Below, piece after piece: positions 1 through 11,048 of a stretch of 64,000 bases of DNA (positions are counted from its first letter, which is position 1; each line of letters opens with the position of its first letter). Below the pieces are notes generated by a model, which had not been told where the DNA came from, did no database searches, and saw only the letters and a list, made by a program, of their open reading frames with translations. The translations under genes and the position numbers were made by a program. This DNA is from Rhodovibrionaceae bacterium (lineage in GTDB: Bacteria > Pseudomonadota > Alphaproteobacteria > Kiloniellales > DSM-21159), in contig JBBEAM010000001.1 of assembly GCA_040882845.1 (NCBI GenBank), positions 48,142-112,141 on the forward strand, written 5' to 3'.

Positions 1-3000
1 AAGGAGCTGCAGGTTCACCCGCCGAAGCTGCCGCGCGACGAGGTCAACGAATGCCTGTCATTCCTGGAGTGGCTGGACGACGACCACTTCACCTATCTCG
101 GCTACCGCGAGTACAGCTTCACCGGCAGCGGCGAGAACACCGTGGCCAAGATCGACAACAAGTCGGCGATGGGCATCCTGCGCGACAGCAAGGTTTCGAT
201 CTTCGACGGCCTGCGCAACCTGGGGCAGCTGCCGGCCGAGGTGCAGGACTTCGTCAAGACGCCGGAATTGCTGCGCGTGACCAAGGCCAACCGCCGCGCG
301 ACGGTGCACCGCGCCGTGCACCTCGACACCGTCGCGGTGAAAACCATCGACGCCAAGGGCCGGGTCGCCGGCGAGCGGCTCTTCGTCGGTCTGTTCACCT
401 CGGTCGCCTACTCGCGCAGCCCGCGCGAGATTCCGCTGCTGCGCCACAAGGTCGATGCGGTGATGTCGCGCGCCGGCTTCATGCCGGGCAGCCACGACGG
501 CAAGGCGCTGATGCACATCCTGGAGAGCTATCCGCGCGACGAGCTGTTCCAGATCTCCGAAAAGGAACTCTACCGCACGGCGATCGGCATTCTGCACCTG
601 CAGGAGCGCCAGAGAACCGCGCTCTTCGTGCGCCGGGATCCCTTCGAGCGTTTCGTCTCGGCCTTGGTCTACGTGCCGCGCGACCGCTATGACACCTCGC
701 TGCGGCTCAAGCTGCAGGACATCCTGACCGAGGCCTACAGCGGCGAGGTCGCCAGCTTCTCGACCTTCCTCGGCGACGCCACCCTGGCGCGGCTGCATCT
801 GCTGATCCGCACCGAACAGGGCAAGATCCCCCGGGCCGACACGGCGAAGGTCGAGCGGGCGCTGGCCCATGCCGCGCGCTCCTGGAGCGACGAGCTGGAG
901 CACGCGCTGGTCGAAAAGCATGGCGAGGAGCGCGGCCTGACCACCTGCCGGCGCTACCGCCACGCCTTTCCCGCCTCCTATCAGGAAGATCATGTCGGCA
1001 AGGATGCCGCGGCCGATATCGCCAACATCGAGGCGGCGCTGGAAAGCGGCGACATCTCGATGGATCTCTACCGGCCGGTCCCGGCCGGTCCGCAGGAGCT
1101 GCATTTCAAGATCTATGTCGCCGGCAGCCCGATCCCGCTGTCCGACGTGCTGCCGATGCTGGAACGCATGGGGCTGAAGGTGATCGGCGAGGTGCCCTAC
1201 GAAATCCATCCGGAGGGCGCCGAGGAGACGGTCTGGATCCACGACTTCTCGATGCGCCATCTCGGCCCGGCCGAGATCGACAACACCAGCGAGTTGCGCA
1301 ACACCTTCCACGAGGTCTTCCATGAGGTCTGGCACGACCGCATGGAGAACGACGGTTTCAACGGCCTGGTGCTCTCGGCCGGGCTGACGGCGCGCGAGAT
1401 CAAGGTGCTGCGGGCCTACTGCAAGTACCTGCGCCAGGCGCAGATACCCTTCAGCCAGAGCTACATGGAAGAGACCCTGGGCCGCAATCCGCGGCTGGCC
1501 ACCCTGCTGGCCGAGCTGTTCATGGCCCGCTTCGATCCGGCCAGGCGCAAGGGCGCCGACAAGGCCGAGGAGAAGCTGGTCGCCGAGATTCGCGAGCTGC
1601 TCGAGCAGGTCAGCAACCTCGACGAAGACCGCATCATCCGGCGCTACCTCAACATGATCCGCTCGACCCTGCGGACCAACTTCTTCCAGACCGCCGAGGA
1701 CGGCGGACCGAAGAGCTATATCTCCTTCAAGCTGGACTCCCAGGCGCTGCTGGAGCTGCCGCTGCCGCGTCCCTTCCGCGAGATCTTCGTGTACTCGCCG
1801 CGGATCGAGGGCGTACACCTGCGCTTCGGCATGGTGGCGCGCGGCGGCCTGCGCTGGTCCGACCGCATGGAGGACTTCCGCACCGAGGTGCTGGGCCTGG
1901 TCAAGGCGCAGCAGGTCAAGAACGCGGTGATCGTGCCGGTCGGCTCCAAGGGCGGTTTCGTCGGCAAACGCCTGCCCGAGCCCGCCGCCGACCGCAAGGC
2001 GTGGCTGGACGAAGGCATCGAGTGCTATAAGACCTTCATCCGCGGCCTGCTCGACATCACCGACAACCTGAAGGGCAAGAAGGTGGTGCCGCCGAAAAGG
2101 GTGGTGCGTCACGACGGCGACGACCCCTATCTGGTGGTTGCCGCCGACAAGGGCACCGCGACCTTTTCAGACATCGCCAACGGCGTCTCCGTGGACTACG
2201 GCTTCTGGCTCGACGACGCCTTCGCCTCGGGCGGCTCGGCCGGCTACGACCACAAGGCCATGGGGATCACTGCCCGCGGCGCCTGGGAATCGGTGAAGCG
2301 CCACTTCCGCGAGATCGGCAAGAACATTCAGGAAGAGGACTTCACCTGCATTGGCATCGGCGACATGGGCGGCGACGTCTTCGGCAACGGCATGCTGCTG
2401 TCCAAGCACATCTGCCTCAAGGCCGCTTTCAACCATCTGCATATCTTCGTCGATCCCAGCCCCGACGCGGCGACGAGCTGGAAGGAGCGCAAGCGGCTGT
2501 TCGACCAGGTCAAGGGCTGGGGCGACTATGACGCCAAACTGATCTCCAAGGGCGGCGGGGTGTTCGACCGCAAGGCCAAGTCGATCAAGATCAGCGCCGA
2601 AATGAAGGCGGCCTTCGCGCTGACCAAGGACAGCATGACGCCGAACGAGCTGATCCACGCGATCCTGAAAAGTCAGGCGGAACTGCTGTGGTTCGGCGGC
2701 ATCGGTACCTATGTGCGGGCCAGCGACGAGAGCAATGGCGAGGTCGGCGACCGGGCCAACGATTCGATCCGCATCACTGCGCGCGAACTGGCCGCCGAGG
2801 TGGTCGGCGAGGGCGCCAACCTGGGCATGACCCAGAAGTCGCGCATCGAGTATGGCCTGCTGGGCGGGCGCTGTAACACCGATGCCATCGACAACTCGGC
2901 CGGCGTCGACTGCTCCGACCACGAGGTCAACATCAAGATCCTCCTCGGCGCGGTCGAGGAGAGCGGCAAGATGACCCGGGCGCAGCGCAACAAGCTGCTC

Positions 3001-4266
3001 GAGAAGATGACCGAGGAGGTCGCCCAGCTGGTGCTGCGCGACAACTACCTGCAGACCCAGTCGATCACCGTGACCCAGACCCTGGGGCATCACCTGCTCG
3101 ACCGCCTGGGGCGCTTCATGCGCAGCCTGGAGAAGGCCGGGCAGCTCGACCGCTCCATTGAGTTCCTGCCCGACGACGAGACCGTGACCGAGCGCTTCAA
3201 GCAGGGCATAGGCCTGGCGCGCGCCGAGATCTCGGTGCTGCTGTCCTATGCCAAGCTGGTGCTCTACGCAGAGCTGCTGGCTTCCGACCTGCCCGACGAC
3301 GGCTATCTCAAGCAAGATCTGGTCGACTACTTCCCGACGCCGCTGCGCAAGACCTACGAGAAGGCCATCGCGGGCCACCGCCTGCGCCGCGAGATCACGG
3401 CGACCAGCATTACCAACGAGATCGTCAACCGCATGGGTATCGCCTTCGTCCACGAGGTCGGCGAGAAGACCGGCATGCCTTCCGACGAGATCGCCCGTTC
3501 CTATATTGTCGCGCGGGAGGTTTTCGGCCTGCAGGAGCTGTGGGACGGCATCGAAGCGCTCGACAACAAGGTTCCGGCGGAAACCCAGTCGGCCATGCTG
3601 ATCGAATGCGGCCGCCAGCTGGAACGCGCCGCGGTCTGGCTGCTGCGCAACTGCAGCCATCCTATCGCCATCGCCAGCGAGATCTCCAACTACGGTGCCG
3701 GCGTCGCCGAGCTGACCAGGAACATCTCCGGCTATCTCTCCGAGGCCGGCGACAACCTGCTGAAGGAGAAGGCCGCCAGCTACAAGGACTCCGGGGTGCC
3801 GGAGAAGCTGGCCCTGCGGGTCGCGACCCTGTCGCATCTCGCGCCCTCGCTCGACGTGGTGAGGATCGCCAACCTGACCGCCCTGCCGGTCGAGGATGCC
3901 GGCAAGACCTACTTCCGGGTCGGTGAGCGCTTCGGCTTCGATTGGCTGCGCCGCGCCGCCGGGCATCTGCCCAGCGACAACGCCTGGGACAAGCTGGCGA
4001 TCACTGCCATCGTCGACGATCTCTTCGGCTATCAGAGCGACCTGGTGCTCAACGTGCTTTACGACGCCAAGGCGAAGTCGATCGCCGGCGGAAAGAAGGG
4101 GGCGAGGCGGGCACCGCCCGACGCCATGATTGACCTCTGGGCCGAGGACCGCATTCCCCTGGTGCACCGCAGCGACCAGCTGGTCTCGGAACTCCGAGCC
4201 GCCGGCACGCCCGATCTCTCGATGCTGGCGGTTGCCAACCGGCAGCTCAAGTCGATGGTCGTCTAG
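1..4266 (+). CDS. NAD-specific glutamate dehydrogenase, large bacterial (about 1600 aa) type; 5' end lies upstream of the window
   Basis: Frame 1 is open from base 1 (KELQVHPPKLPRDEVNECLSFLEWLDDDHFTYLGYREY...) into the listed 142..4266 ORF. Blocks such as LRWSDRMEDFRTEVLGLVKAQQVKNAVIVPVGSKGGF and GDMGGDVFGNGML match my recollection of the large NAD-GDH family. Stop TAG at 4264-4266. Confidence 0.9.
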   Translation, partial: KELQVHPPKLPRDEVNECLSFLEWLDDDHFTYLGYREYSFTGSGENTVAKIDNKSAMGILRDSKVSIFDGLRNLGQLPAEVQDFVKTPELLRVTKANRRATVHRAVHLDTVAVKTIDAKGRVAGERLFVGLFTSVAYSRSPREIPLLRHKVDAVMSRAGFMPGSHDGKALMHILESYPRDELFQISEKELYRTAIGILHLQERQRTALFVRRDPFERFVSALVYVPRDRYDTSLRLKLQDILTEAYSGEVASFSTFLGDATLARLHLLIRTEQGKIPRADTAKVERALAHAARSWSDELEHALVEKHGEERGLTTCRRYRHAFPASYQEDHVGKDAAADIANIEAALESGDISMDLYRPVPAGPQELHFKIYVAGSPIPLSDVLPMLERMGLKVIGEVPYEIHPEGAEETVWIHDFSMRHLGPAEIDNTSELRNTFHEVFHEVWHDRMENDGFNGLVLSAGLTAREIKVLRAYCKYLRQAQIPFSQSYMEETLGRNPRLATLLAELFMARFDPARRKGADKAEEKLVAEIRELLEQVSNLDEDRIIRRYLNMIRSTLRTNFFQTAEDGGPKSYISFKLDSQALLELPLPRPFREIFVYSPRIEGVHLRFGMVARGGLRWSDRMEDFRTEVLGLVKAQQVKNAVIVPVGSKGGFVGKRLPEPAADRKAWLDEGIECYKTFIRGLLDITDNLKGKKVVPPKRVVRHDGDDPYLVVAADKGTATFSDIANGVSVDYGFWLDDAFASGGSAGYDHKAMGITARGAWESVKRHFREIGKNIQEEDFTCIGIGDMGGDVFGNGMLLSKHICLKAAFNHLHIFVDPSPDAATSWKERKRLFDQVKGWGDYDAKLISKGGGVFDRKAKSIKISAEMKAAFALTKDSMTPNELIHAILKSQAELLWFGGIGTYVRASDESNGEVGDRANDSIRITARELAAEVVGEGANLGMTQKSRIEYGLLGGRCNTDAIDNSAGVDCSDHEVNIKILLGAVEESGKMTRAQRNKLLEKMTEEVAQLVLRDNYLQTQSITVTQTLGHHLLDRLGRFMRSLEKAGQLDRSIEFLPDDETVTERFKQGIGLARAEISVLLSYAKLVLYAELLASDLPDDGYLKQDLVDYFPTPLRKTYEKAIAGHRLRREITATSITNEIVNRMGIAFVHEVGEKTGMPSDEIARSYIVAREVFGLQELWDGIEALDNKVPAETQSAMLIECGRQLERAAVWLLRNCSHPIAIASEISNYGAGVAELTRNISGYLSEAGDNLLKEKAASYKDSGVPEKLALRVATLSHLAPSLDVVRIANLTALPVEDAGKTYFRVGERFGFDWLRRAAGHLPSDNAWDKLAITAIVDDLFGYQSDLVLNVLYDAKAKSIAGGKKGARRAPPDAMIDLWAEDRIPLVHRSDQLVSELRAAGTPDLSMLAVANRQLKSMVV

Positions 4267-4284
4267 TGCGATGATCCGGCGCTC

Positions 4285-4923
4285 ATGACCAGCCGGGAAG
4301 AGCGTCTGGCCGCGGTCTATGCCGCGGAGGGCCGCGACGATCTCGAGCGCCAGTACAAGACCTGGGCGGAGCACTACGACGCCGACGTCTTCGCGCTGGG
4401 CTATGCGGTGCCCGGCATGGTCGCGGCGATGACGGCGCGGCACCTGCCGCATGAGGCCAGCCCGATCCTCGACTGCGGCGCCGGCACCGGCCTGCTCGGC
4501 GTGCTGCTGACCGGGCTCGGCTACCGCGGCCTGACCGCCATCGACATGAGCCGGGAGATGCTGGCCCTGGCCGAGGCGCGCGGGATCTATGACGCCTGCC
4601 GCCGCATGGTGTTGGGCGCGCGGCTGGATTTCCCGGACGACGTCTTCGCCGGCGTGGTGGCGGCGGGGGTGTTCACCGCCGGGCACGCCCCGGCGGAGTC
4701 CTTCGACGAGCTCTGCCGGGTGACCCGCCCCGGCGGTCTGGCGATCTTCGGCGCGCGGGCCGATGGCGCCCACGGCGCGCCCTACCGCGAACGGCAGGAT
4801 GCGCTGGAAGCCGCCGGGGCCTGGCGGCTGGAGGCGGAGAGCGAGGCCTACCCGGCCTTCCTGGTGGCGCCGGAGGAGGCGCATGTTCTCAACCGCGTCT
4901 TCGTCTATCGCGTGGCCGGCTAG
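4285..4923 (+). CDS. class I SAM-dependent methyltransferase
   Basis: 212-aa ORF with the glycine-rich SAM motif ILDCGAGTGLLG followed by an acidic residue (AIDMS). Sits 19 nt after the GDH stop. Confidence 0.75.
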   Translation: MTSREERLAAVYAAEGRDDLERQYKTWAEHYDADVFALGYAVPGMVAAMTARHLPHEASPILDCGAGTGLLGVLLTGLGYRGLTAIDMSREMLALAEARGIYDACRRMVLGARLDFPDDVFAGVVAAGVFTAGHAPAESFDELCRVTRPGGLAIFGARADGAHGAPYRERQDALEAAGAWRLEAESEAYPAFLVAPEEAHVLNRVFVYRVAG

Positions 4924-4935
4924 GAGGCCCGCCGG

Positions 4936-6252
4936 GTGAACCAGGAAAAGCAGCAGCCCGAGCGCCGGCTGCCGGAACCGCCGGAGCAGACGCGGCTGAG
5001 CATCGCCGCCTGGTGCTTCTTCGACTGGGCCAACTCGGCCTTTCCGACGGTGATCATCACCTTTATCTTCGCCGCCTACTACACCCAGGCGCTGGCCCCG
5101 ACCAAGGAGACCGGCACCAGCGAGTGGGCCTGGGCGATGAGCATTTCCGGCCTCGCCATCGCCGTGCTGGCGCCGGTGCTCGGCGCCCTGGCGGACCAGG
5201 GCGGGCGGCGCAAGCCCTACATCTTCATGCTGTCGCTGGTCTGCGTCGCCTGCGGCCTGCTGCTCTGGACCATCGCGCCGGAGCGCAGCTTCGCGCTGCG
5301 CGCGCTGATCGTCGTCGGCATCGCCAACGTCGCCTTCGAGATCGGACAGGTGTTCTACAACGCCATGCTCCCCGAGGTGGCGCCGCCGGGAAAGCTCGGC
5401 CGCGTCTCCGGCTGGGCCTGGGCGCTGGGCTATGCCGGCGGCCTCGTCTGCCTGACGCTGTCGCTGCTGCTGCTGGTGCAGCCGGACCCCTCGCCCTTGG
5501 GACTCGACCGCGACGCCGGGGAGCATGTCCGCGCCACCGGCCCCTTCGTCGCCCTGTGGTACCTGGTCTTCGCCCTGCCGATGTTCCTGCTGACGCCGGA
5601 GCGCGCAGCGACGGGAATCAGGGCGGGCAGAGCGATCCGCGACGGCCTCGCCTCGCTCTGGCGCACCATCAAGTCGCTGCCCGAACATCGGGGGATGCTG
5701 CGCTTTCTGATCGCGCGGATGATCTATATCGACGGCCTCAACACGCTCTTCGCCTTCGGCGGCATCTACGCCGCCGGCAGCTTCGGCATGGATTTCGAGG
5801 AGGTGCTGATTTTCGGCATCCTGCTCAACGTCACCGCCGGCCTGGGCGCCTTCGCCTTCGCCTGGATCGACGACTGGATCGGGCCGAAGCGCACCATCCT
5901 GATCTCGGTGGCCGCGCTGACCCTGCTCGGTGCGGCGATCCTGGTGGTCGAGAGCAAGCTGATGTTCTACATCCTGGGCTGCGGCCTCGGAATCTTCATC
6001 GGCCCGACCCAGTCGGCCAGCCGCAGCCTGATGGCCCGTCTCGCACCCCCGGCGATCCGCACCGAGCTGTTCGGCCTCTACGCCTTCTCCGGCCGGGTCA
6101 CGGCCTTCCTTGGCCCCTTCCTGGTCGGCCTGGTGACCTACTGGAGCGACAGCCAGCGCCTGGGCATGTCGGTGATCCTGGTGCTTTTCCTGATCGGCCT
6201 GGTCCTGCTCTGGCCGCTGCGCGAGCCGCCCCAGGAGCAACCGGGTCCTTAA
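4936..6252 (+). CDS. MFS transporter (UMF1-like)
   Basis: 438 aa with repeated hydrophobic helices across the whole length. N-terminal WCFFDWANSAF block is typical of UMF1-type MFS proteins as I recall. GTG start 12 nt after the methyltransferase stop. Confidence 0.8.
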   Translation: MNQEKQQPERRLPEPPEQTRLSIAAWCFFDWANSAFPTVIITFIFAAYYTQALAPTKETGTSEWAWAMSISGLAIAVLAPVLGALADQGGRRKPYIFMLSLVCVACGLLLWTIAPERSFALRALIVVGIANVAFEIGQVFYNAMLPEVAPPGKLGRVSGWAWALGYAGGLVCLTLSLLLLVQPDPSPLGLDRDAGEHVRATGPFVALWYLVFALPMFLLTPERAATGIRAGRAIRDGLASLWRTIKSLPEHRGMLRFLIARMIYIDGLNTLFAFGGIYAAGSFGMDFEEVLIFGILLNVTAGLGAFAFAWIDDWIGPKRTILISVAALTLLGAAILVVESKLMFYILGCGLGIFIGPTQSASRSLMARLAPPAIRTELFGLYAFSGRVTAFLGPFLVGLVTYWSDSQRLGMSVILVLFLIGLVLLWPLREPPQEQPGP

Positions 6253-6277
6253 AAAAGCCCGGGCGCGAGGCCCGGGC
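6251..6277 (-). terminator. rho-independent terminator candidate for a minus-strand transcript; the hairpin alone also follows the plus-strand MFS gene
   Basis: 8-bp GC stem gcccgggc (6257-6264), loop gcgag, stem gcccgggc (6270-6277). The A6 tract at 6251-6256 reads as a T6 tail on the minus strand. Confidence 0.55.
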
Positions 6278-6353
6278 GAAGAGTGAGAGAGGACAGGGCA
6301 GGCGGCACCGGGGCGCGGCCTCCTGGAGGCAGGTCCCGACCCGAATTAGGGGA

Positions 6354-6569
6354 TTAGCACTCGGCGCGGGACCGGGGATGGCTGAGACGGGCTTCGCCCC
6401 AGCCGCAAAGCAAGCGCCGGACAGCCTGGCCGGCATCGCGCAGGGCGCTGCGCAGCGCTTCGCGCTGCAGCCTACGGCCGCGTTCGACATTGCGGCGCAG
6501 CTCGAGGTCGCCGAGCGCGGCAGAGGAGTCGAAGGAGGCGGTTCGGGTGAAGTTCGAGAGACGGTCCAT
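6354..6569 (-). CDS. hypothetical small protein (71 aa), divergent from the LysR gene
   Basis: ATG preceded by aaagggaaagaatc (Shine-Dalgarno-like). The hairpin plus T-tract at 6251-6277 lies downstream on the same strand. No recognisable family motif. Confidence 0.35.
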   Translation of the reverse strand: MDRLSNFTRTASFDSSAALGDLELRRNVERGRRLQREALRSALRDAGQAVRRLLCGWGEARLSHPRSRAEC

Positions 6570-6723
6570 GATTCTTTCCCTTTCTGCGCAGCTGCCCCGG
6601 CTTAGGAGGCTATTTCCGGGGTTCTGCGCGTGAGTCGAATTTAGATTGTTCCCGAAAACAAAATAATGCAGGATGATTGCAAATCATTTGTGCGCCTAAA
6701 GAACGAATAGAGAGAGCCAGGAA

Positions 6724-7644
6724 ATGGACAACATCAGCGAGATGGAAGTCTTCGTGCGCGTCGTGCAGTCGGAGTCCTTTTCCGCCGCGGCGCGGGCGCT
6801 GAATCTGTCGCCGTCGGCAGTCAGCAAGCAGGTCGGCCGGCTCGAGGATCGCCTCGGCGCGCGGCTGCTCAACCGCACCACGCGGCAGCTTTCCCTGACC
6901 GAGGTCGGGGCCGCCTTCTATGCCCGCGCCGAGCGGATCATCGCCGACGTCACCGAGGCGGAGCAGGCCGTCTCCCATCTTGAGGGCTCGGCGCGCGGCA
7001 CCCTGAAACTGAACGCGCCGACCGCCTTCGGGCGGCTGCATATCGCGCCGCTGATCGCCGGCTATCTGGAAGCCTATCCCGAGGTGCGCATCGACATGGG
7101 GCTCAGCGACCGCTTCGTCGATGTGGTCGAGGAGGGGATCGACCTGGCGATCCGGATCGGCGAGCTTTCGGATTCCAGCCTGATCGCGCGCAAGCTCTCG
7201 CCGAACCGCCGCCTCGCCGTAGCCTCGCCGGCCTACATCAAGCGCCAGGGCGCACCCGCCGCCCCGGCCGAGCTGGCGAGCCACAACTGCCTGGTCTACA
7301 CCTATCGGGCGCAGCGCCACGACTGGCCCTTCGAGGGCCCCCAGGGGCTGGAGACGGTGCGGGTGACCGGCAATCTGGAGACCAACTCGCCGGAGATCCT
7401 CAAGGTCAACATCGTCAACGGGGTGGGCATCGGCCTGCTGCCGCTATGGCTGATCGGCGACGACCTGCGCGCCGGCCGGCTGGTGCAGATCATGCCGGGT
7501 TATCACGCGCCCGACAGCGCGATCTACGCCCTCTATCCGCACAGCCGCCACCTCTCGCCCAAGGTGCGCAGCTTCGTCGACTACCTGGCCGCCAACCTGA
7601 AAGGGCTGGTCGAGCAGCCGGAGGAAGCCAAGATCAGTGCCTGA
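6724..7644 (+). CDS. LysR family transcriptional regulator
   Basis: N-terminal HTH block [56 protein letters not shown] is the canonical LysR signature. 306 aa, as expected for HTH plus substrate-binding domain. Confidence 0.92.
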   Translation: MDNISEMEVFVRVVQSESFSAAARALNLSPSAVSKQVGRLEDRLGARLLNRTTRQLSLTEVGAAFYARAERIIADVTEAEQAVSHLEGSARGTLKLNAPTAFGRLHIAPLIAGYLEAYPEVRIDMGLSDRFVDVVEEGIDLAIRIGELSDSSLIARKLSPNRRLAVASPAYIKRQGAPAAPAELASHNCLVYTYRAQRHDWPFEGPQGLETVRVTGNLETNSPEILKVNIVNGVGIGLLPLWLIGDDLRAGRLVQIMPGYHAPDSAIYALYPHSRHLSPKVRSFVDYLAANLKGLVEQPEEAKISA

Positions 7645-9211
7645 AGTGGCGTAACCCGGTGAAGACCATGGCGAGCCCGGCCTCGTTGGCCGCGGCGATC
7701 ACCTCCTCGTCGCGCATCGACCCGCCCGGCTGAATCACCGCCTTGGCGCCGGCCTCGACCGCGGCCAGCAGGCCGTCGGCGAAGGGGAAGAAGGCGTCGG
7801 AGGCGACCACCGAGCCCTGCGCCGCCTCGGGACCGCCGGTCTCCTTGGCTTTCAGCGCGGCGATCCGCGCCGAATCCACCCGGCTCATCTGCCCGGCGCC
7901 GATGCCGACCGTGCGGCCTTGCTTGGCATAGACGATGGCGTTGGACTTGACGTGCTTGGCGACCCGGAAGGCGAAGATCAGATCGGCCCACTGCTGATCG
8001 TCGGGCGCCCGCTCGGTCACCACCTTCAGGTCCGCGCGCGCGACCCGGCCGCTGTCCCGGCTCTGCAGCAGCAGGCCGCCGGCCAGGGACTTGACCGCCA
8101 TGCCGCCCGCCGCCGGATCGGGCAGGCCGCCGGTCAGCAGCAGCCGCAGGTTCTTCTTGCCAGCCAGCACCTCAAGGGCGGAAGCGTCGGCGTCCGGGGC
8201 GATCACCACCTCGGCGAAGAGCTCGGCGATCTGGGCGGCGGTGGCGGCGTCGAGCGTCGTGTTGGCGGCGATGATACCGCCGAAGGCGCTGACCGGGTCG
8301 CAGGCCAGGGCCCGCTCGTAGGCATCGCTCAGCGTGGCGCCCAGGGCCACGCCGCAGGGGTTGGCGTGCTTGACGATGGCGATCGCCGGGGCCTCGCCGG
8401 GGTCGAACTCGGCGGCCAGTTCGAAGGCCGCATCGGTGTCGTTGAAGTTGTTGTAGGACAGCTCCTTGCCCTGGATCTGCCGCGCCGTGGCGACGCCGGG
8501 CCGCTGCTCCGCGGTGCGGTAGAAGGCCGCCTGCTGGTGCGGGTTCTCACCGTAGCGCAGGGACTGCGCGCGCTCCGCCGCCAGGGTGAAGCTGGCGGGG
8601 AAGGCTTCGCCCTCCTCGCTGGCCATCCAGCCGGCGATGGCGGCATCGTAGGAAGCGGTATGGGCATAGGCCTTGGCGGCAAGGCGGCGGCGCAGGGCGA
8701 GACCGGTCTTGCCGTCGTTTTCCTGCATCTCCCGCATCACCGCACCGTAGTCTTCCGGCGAGGTGACGATGGCGACGAAGACGTGGTTCTTGGCCGCCGC
8801 GCGGACCATGGCCGGGCCGCCGATGTCGATGTTCTCGACGCAGGTCTCGCGGTCTGCGCCGGAGGCCAGGGTCTCGCGGAAGGGATAGAGATTGACCGCC
8901 ACCAGATCGATCCCGGCGATACCATGGTCGGCCATGGCGGCGCGGTGGCTCTCGTCGTCGCGGCGCGCCAGGATGCCGCCGTGGATCGCCGGGTGCAGGG
9001 TCTTGACCCGGCCGTCCATGATCTCGGGAAAGCCGGTCGCCTCGGCGACCTCGGTGACCGCGACTCCGGCCTCTCTCAAGGCCTTGGCGGAGCCGCCGGT
9101 GGACAGAATCGCGACGCCGCGTCCGGCGAGGAAGCGGCCGAACTCGACGAGGCCGGTCTTGTCGGACACGGAAAGCAGGGCGCGGGCGATGGGTAGATTT
9201 TCTTCGGACAT
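7634..9211 (-). CDS. purH: bifunctional AICAR formyltransferase / IMP cyclohydrolase
   Basis: 525 aa. N-terminal [20 protein letters not shown]...[15 protein letters not shown] (MGS-like domain) and C-terminal [34 protein letters not shown] are textbook PurH. Confidence 0.95.
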   Translation of the reverse strand: MSEENLPIARALLSVSDKTGLVEFGRFLAGRGVAILSTGGSAKALREAGVAVTEVAEATGFPEIMDGRVKTLHPAIHGGILARRDDESHRAAMADHGIAGIDLVAVNLYPFRETLASGADRETCVENIDIGGPAMVRAAAKNHVFVAIVTSPEDYGAVMREMQENDGKTGLALRRRLAAKAYAHTASYDAAIAGWMASEEGEAFPASFTLAAERAQSLRYGENPHQQAAFYRTAEQRPGVATARQIQGKELSYNNFNDTDAAFELAAEFDPGEAPAIAIVKHANPCGVALGATLSDAYERALACDPVSAFGGIIAANTTLDAATAAQIAELFAEVVIAPDADASALEVLAGKKNLRLLLTGGLPDPAAGGMAVKSLAGGLLLQSRDSGRVARADLKVVTERAPDDQQWADLIFAFRVAKHVKSNAIVYAKQGRTVGIGAGQMSRVDSARIAALKAKETGGPEAAQGSVVASDAFFPFADGLLAAVEAGAKAVIQPGGSMRDEEVIAAANEAGLAMVFTGLRHFRH

Positions 9212-9296
9212 CGGGGCTCCAGAGAAGGGGGCGCTTCGGGCGCATAGAAAGCGCGGCAGCCCCCCGCGATCAAGCCGTAACTTTGCGGACGGCCGC

Positions 9297-11048
9297 TTAG
9301 CGCAGCGGCCCTTCCTTTTGCAGCGCCCACTTCACCAGAGTCTCGCCGGCCTCGTAGCTGCCGCGCAGCACGACCTGCTGGCTGCGCCGCTGTTCGCCGG
9401 CGCTGCCGAGATAGAGCGAATCCTCCAGATCGATCTCCGCGCCCTTGACCTTCAGCCGCCAGCCGCCGCCCTTGGGCAGGCGCAGCAGCGCGGCGCTGCC
9501 GTCCTGCAGCAGATTGGCCTGGACCAGGGGATGCAGATGGAAGCGCAGCACGAAGCCGCCATCGGGCCGGGTGCCGCTCTCGGCGAAGACGTCGAGCCGC
9601 TCCTCGCCGCGCAGGTCCTCGCCGTTGGCCGCCAGGAACAGGCGCCGGTGGTACAGCAGGCCGTAGTTCGGCCGGTAGCCGTCGTGGGAGAGGTCGAGCC
9701 AGGTATTGCCCTCGCCTTCCTCGCGGCGGCAGCGCACCGTCTCCGGACGGCTCAGCAGGCCGCCGCCTGGGGCGATACCGCTGGAGTTGGTGTCGCTGGC
9801 GGTCAGGGTGGAGTGCGCCGCGGTGCCGCGCAGCAGCTGGTTGATCCGGGGGTGATGCGCCTCGGCGCCGCAGTTGACGATGAAGCGCTCGCGCCCCACC
9901 GACATCTCGAAGGACAGGGTTCCGGCATGGGCGCGGCGGTCGTAGCCCGGCGGCGGCGGCGCGCCGCTGTCGACGATCACCAGGGCGCGCCCGGCCTGCA
10001 TCCGCTGGAAGCCGCTCTGCGGCGCCGACATCCGTGGGCGGCCGCGGCCGTCGGCGCGCTGCAGCACCATGTCGATGCGCAGGTCCTCCTCTTCGCTGGA
10101 GCCGTTGAACAGCGCCAGCCCGCCGTCGCCGTGCTGAAACAGCCGCAGGGTCGGGGCCATGGCGTCGATCGCCGTGGAGAGATCGGTCGGCACCTCGACC
10201 TCGGCGGCATGCAGGGTCGCACGCAGGTCGATCAGGTCGCGCAGCACCGCGAGCTGGCGCGCCGGACTGCGCTCGACATGGCCGCCGTCGACCAGGATCT
10301 GTTTCGGCAGCTCGCGCATCAGCCGGTCGAGGCCGCGCGCCAGCCAGCGCTCGCCGCCGGGCAGGCAGGCCCCGGCGATGGTCAGGCCCTTGAGCGCGCA
10401 GATCAGGTCTGAGCCGGACAGGCCCGCCGGCAGAACGCGGTTGAGATGGCAGGCCTGCCGGCAGGCGGAGTCGATCACCCGGCGGCGGAACAGGACATCG
10501 GCGCTGGCGGCGTAGAATTCCCACTGGCCGAGCCAGTGGGACAGCCGCCGCGCCAGCACGATGGGATCCCAGGCGGGAAAGGACAGCCGCTCGTGGCTGT
10601 CGAGCCAGGAGCCGACCAGCTCGCGGGCGGTGCGCCGGGCGGTGTCGCCGCCGGCGGCGCGCAGGTCGCGCAGCCAGGAGAAGCTGTGCAGCTCCTGCAG
10701 CCATTCGCTCTCGGCCTCCGCCGGGTTCCAGATCGGTGCCGGGTTCATCAGCGTCTGGCCGCGCAGCGCGAAACAGCCGCCGGCGATGGCGCTGCCCTGG
10801 CCGGCCTGGCCTGGCCAGGGGTCGGGCGGCGTGGTGTTGGGCGCGGCGGCGTTGCTGCCCGTCAGGCTGGAGCAGTAGGGCGGCAGCAGGAAGACCGGCT
10901 GTTTCAGCAGGTAGAAGACACGGCTGGAAAGCTGCTCCGGCGGCAGCCGCCGCAGACTGGCGAAACGTTCGAGGAGGCCCGGACCCTGGGCAGCGGCCCT
11001 TTTCCTGCGTGGCGGAGCGGCGGTGCTGGCCACGGCTCGCTCCGCCAT
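9297..11048 (-). CDS. heparinase II/III family protein (alphaproteobacterial type)
   Basis: 583 aa. [12 protein letters not shown] and [10 protein letters not shown] blocks match the heparinase II/III-like family as I recall. The start ATG shares one base with the rpe stop (TGATG at 11046-11050). The rpe-to-purH position is the usual one in alphaproteobacteria. Confidence 0.75.
   Translation of the reverse strand: MAERAVASTAAPPRRKRAAAQGPGLLERFASLRRLPPEQLSSRVFYLLKQPVFLLPPYCSSLTGSNAAAPNTTPPDPWPGQAGQGSAIAGGCFALRGQTLMNPAPIWNPAEAESEWLQELHSFSWLRDLRAAGGDTARRTARELVGSWLDSHERLSFPAWDPIVLARRLSHWLGQWEFYAASADVLFRRRVIDSACRQACHLNRVLPAGLSGSDLICALKGLTIAGACLPGGERWLARGLDRLMRELPKQILVDGGHVERSPARQLAVLRDLIDLRATLHAAEVEVPTDLSTAIDAMAPTLRLFQHGDGGLALFNGSSEEEDLRIDMVLQRADGRGRPRMSAPQSGFQRMQAGRALVIVDSGAPPPPGYDRRAHAGTLSFEMSVGRERFIVNCGAEAHHPRINQLLRGTAAHSTLTASDTNSSGIAPGGGLLSRPETVRCRREEGEGNTWLDLSHDGYRPNYGLLYHRRLFLAANGEDLRGEERLDVFAESGTRPDGGFVLRFHLHPLVQANLLQDGSAALLRLPKGGGWRLKVKGAEIDLEDSLYLGSAGEQRRSQQVVLRGSYEAGETLVKWALQKEGPLR

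Noticed and set aside
2167-6240. 1357-aa minus-strand ORF spanning the GDH, methyltransferase and MFS genes
   Set aside because: It is antisense to three well-supported genes. The translation is Arg/Ala/Gly/Pro/Asp-rich low complexity with no motifs. This is a typical stop-poor shadow frame in high-GC DNA. The same reasoning applies to 58..2112 (-) and 5013..6605 (+).
6680-6690. Short palindrome caaat-c-atttg upstream of the LysR gene as a possible LysR T-N11-A box
   Set aside because: The arms are only 5 bp, in an AT-richer promoter region. It cannot be distinguished from chance without comparative data.
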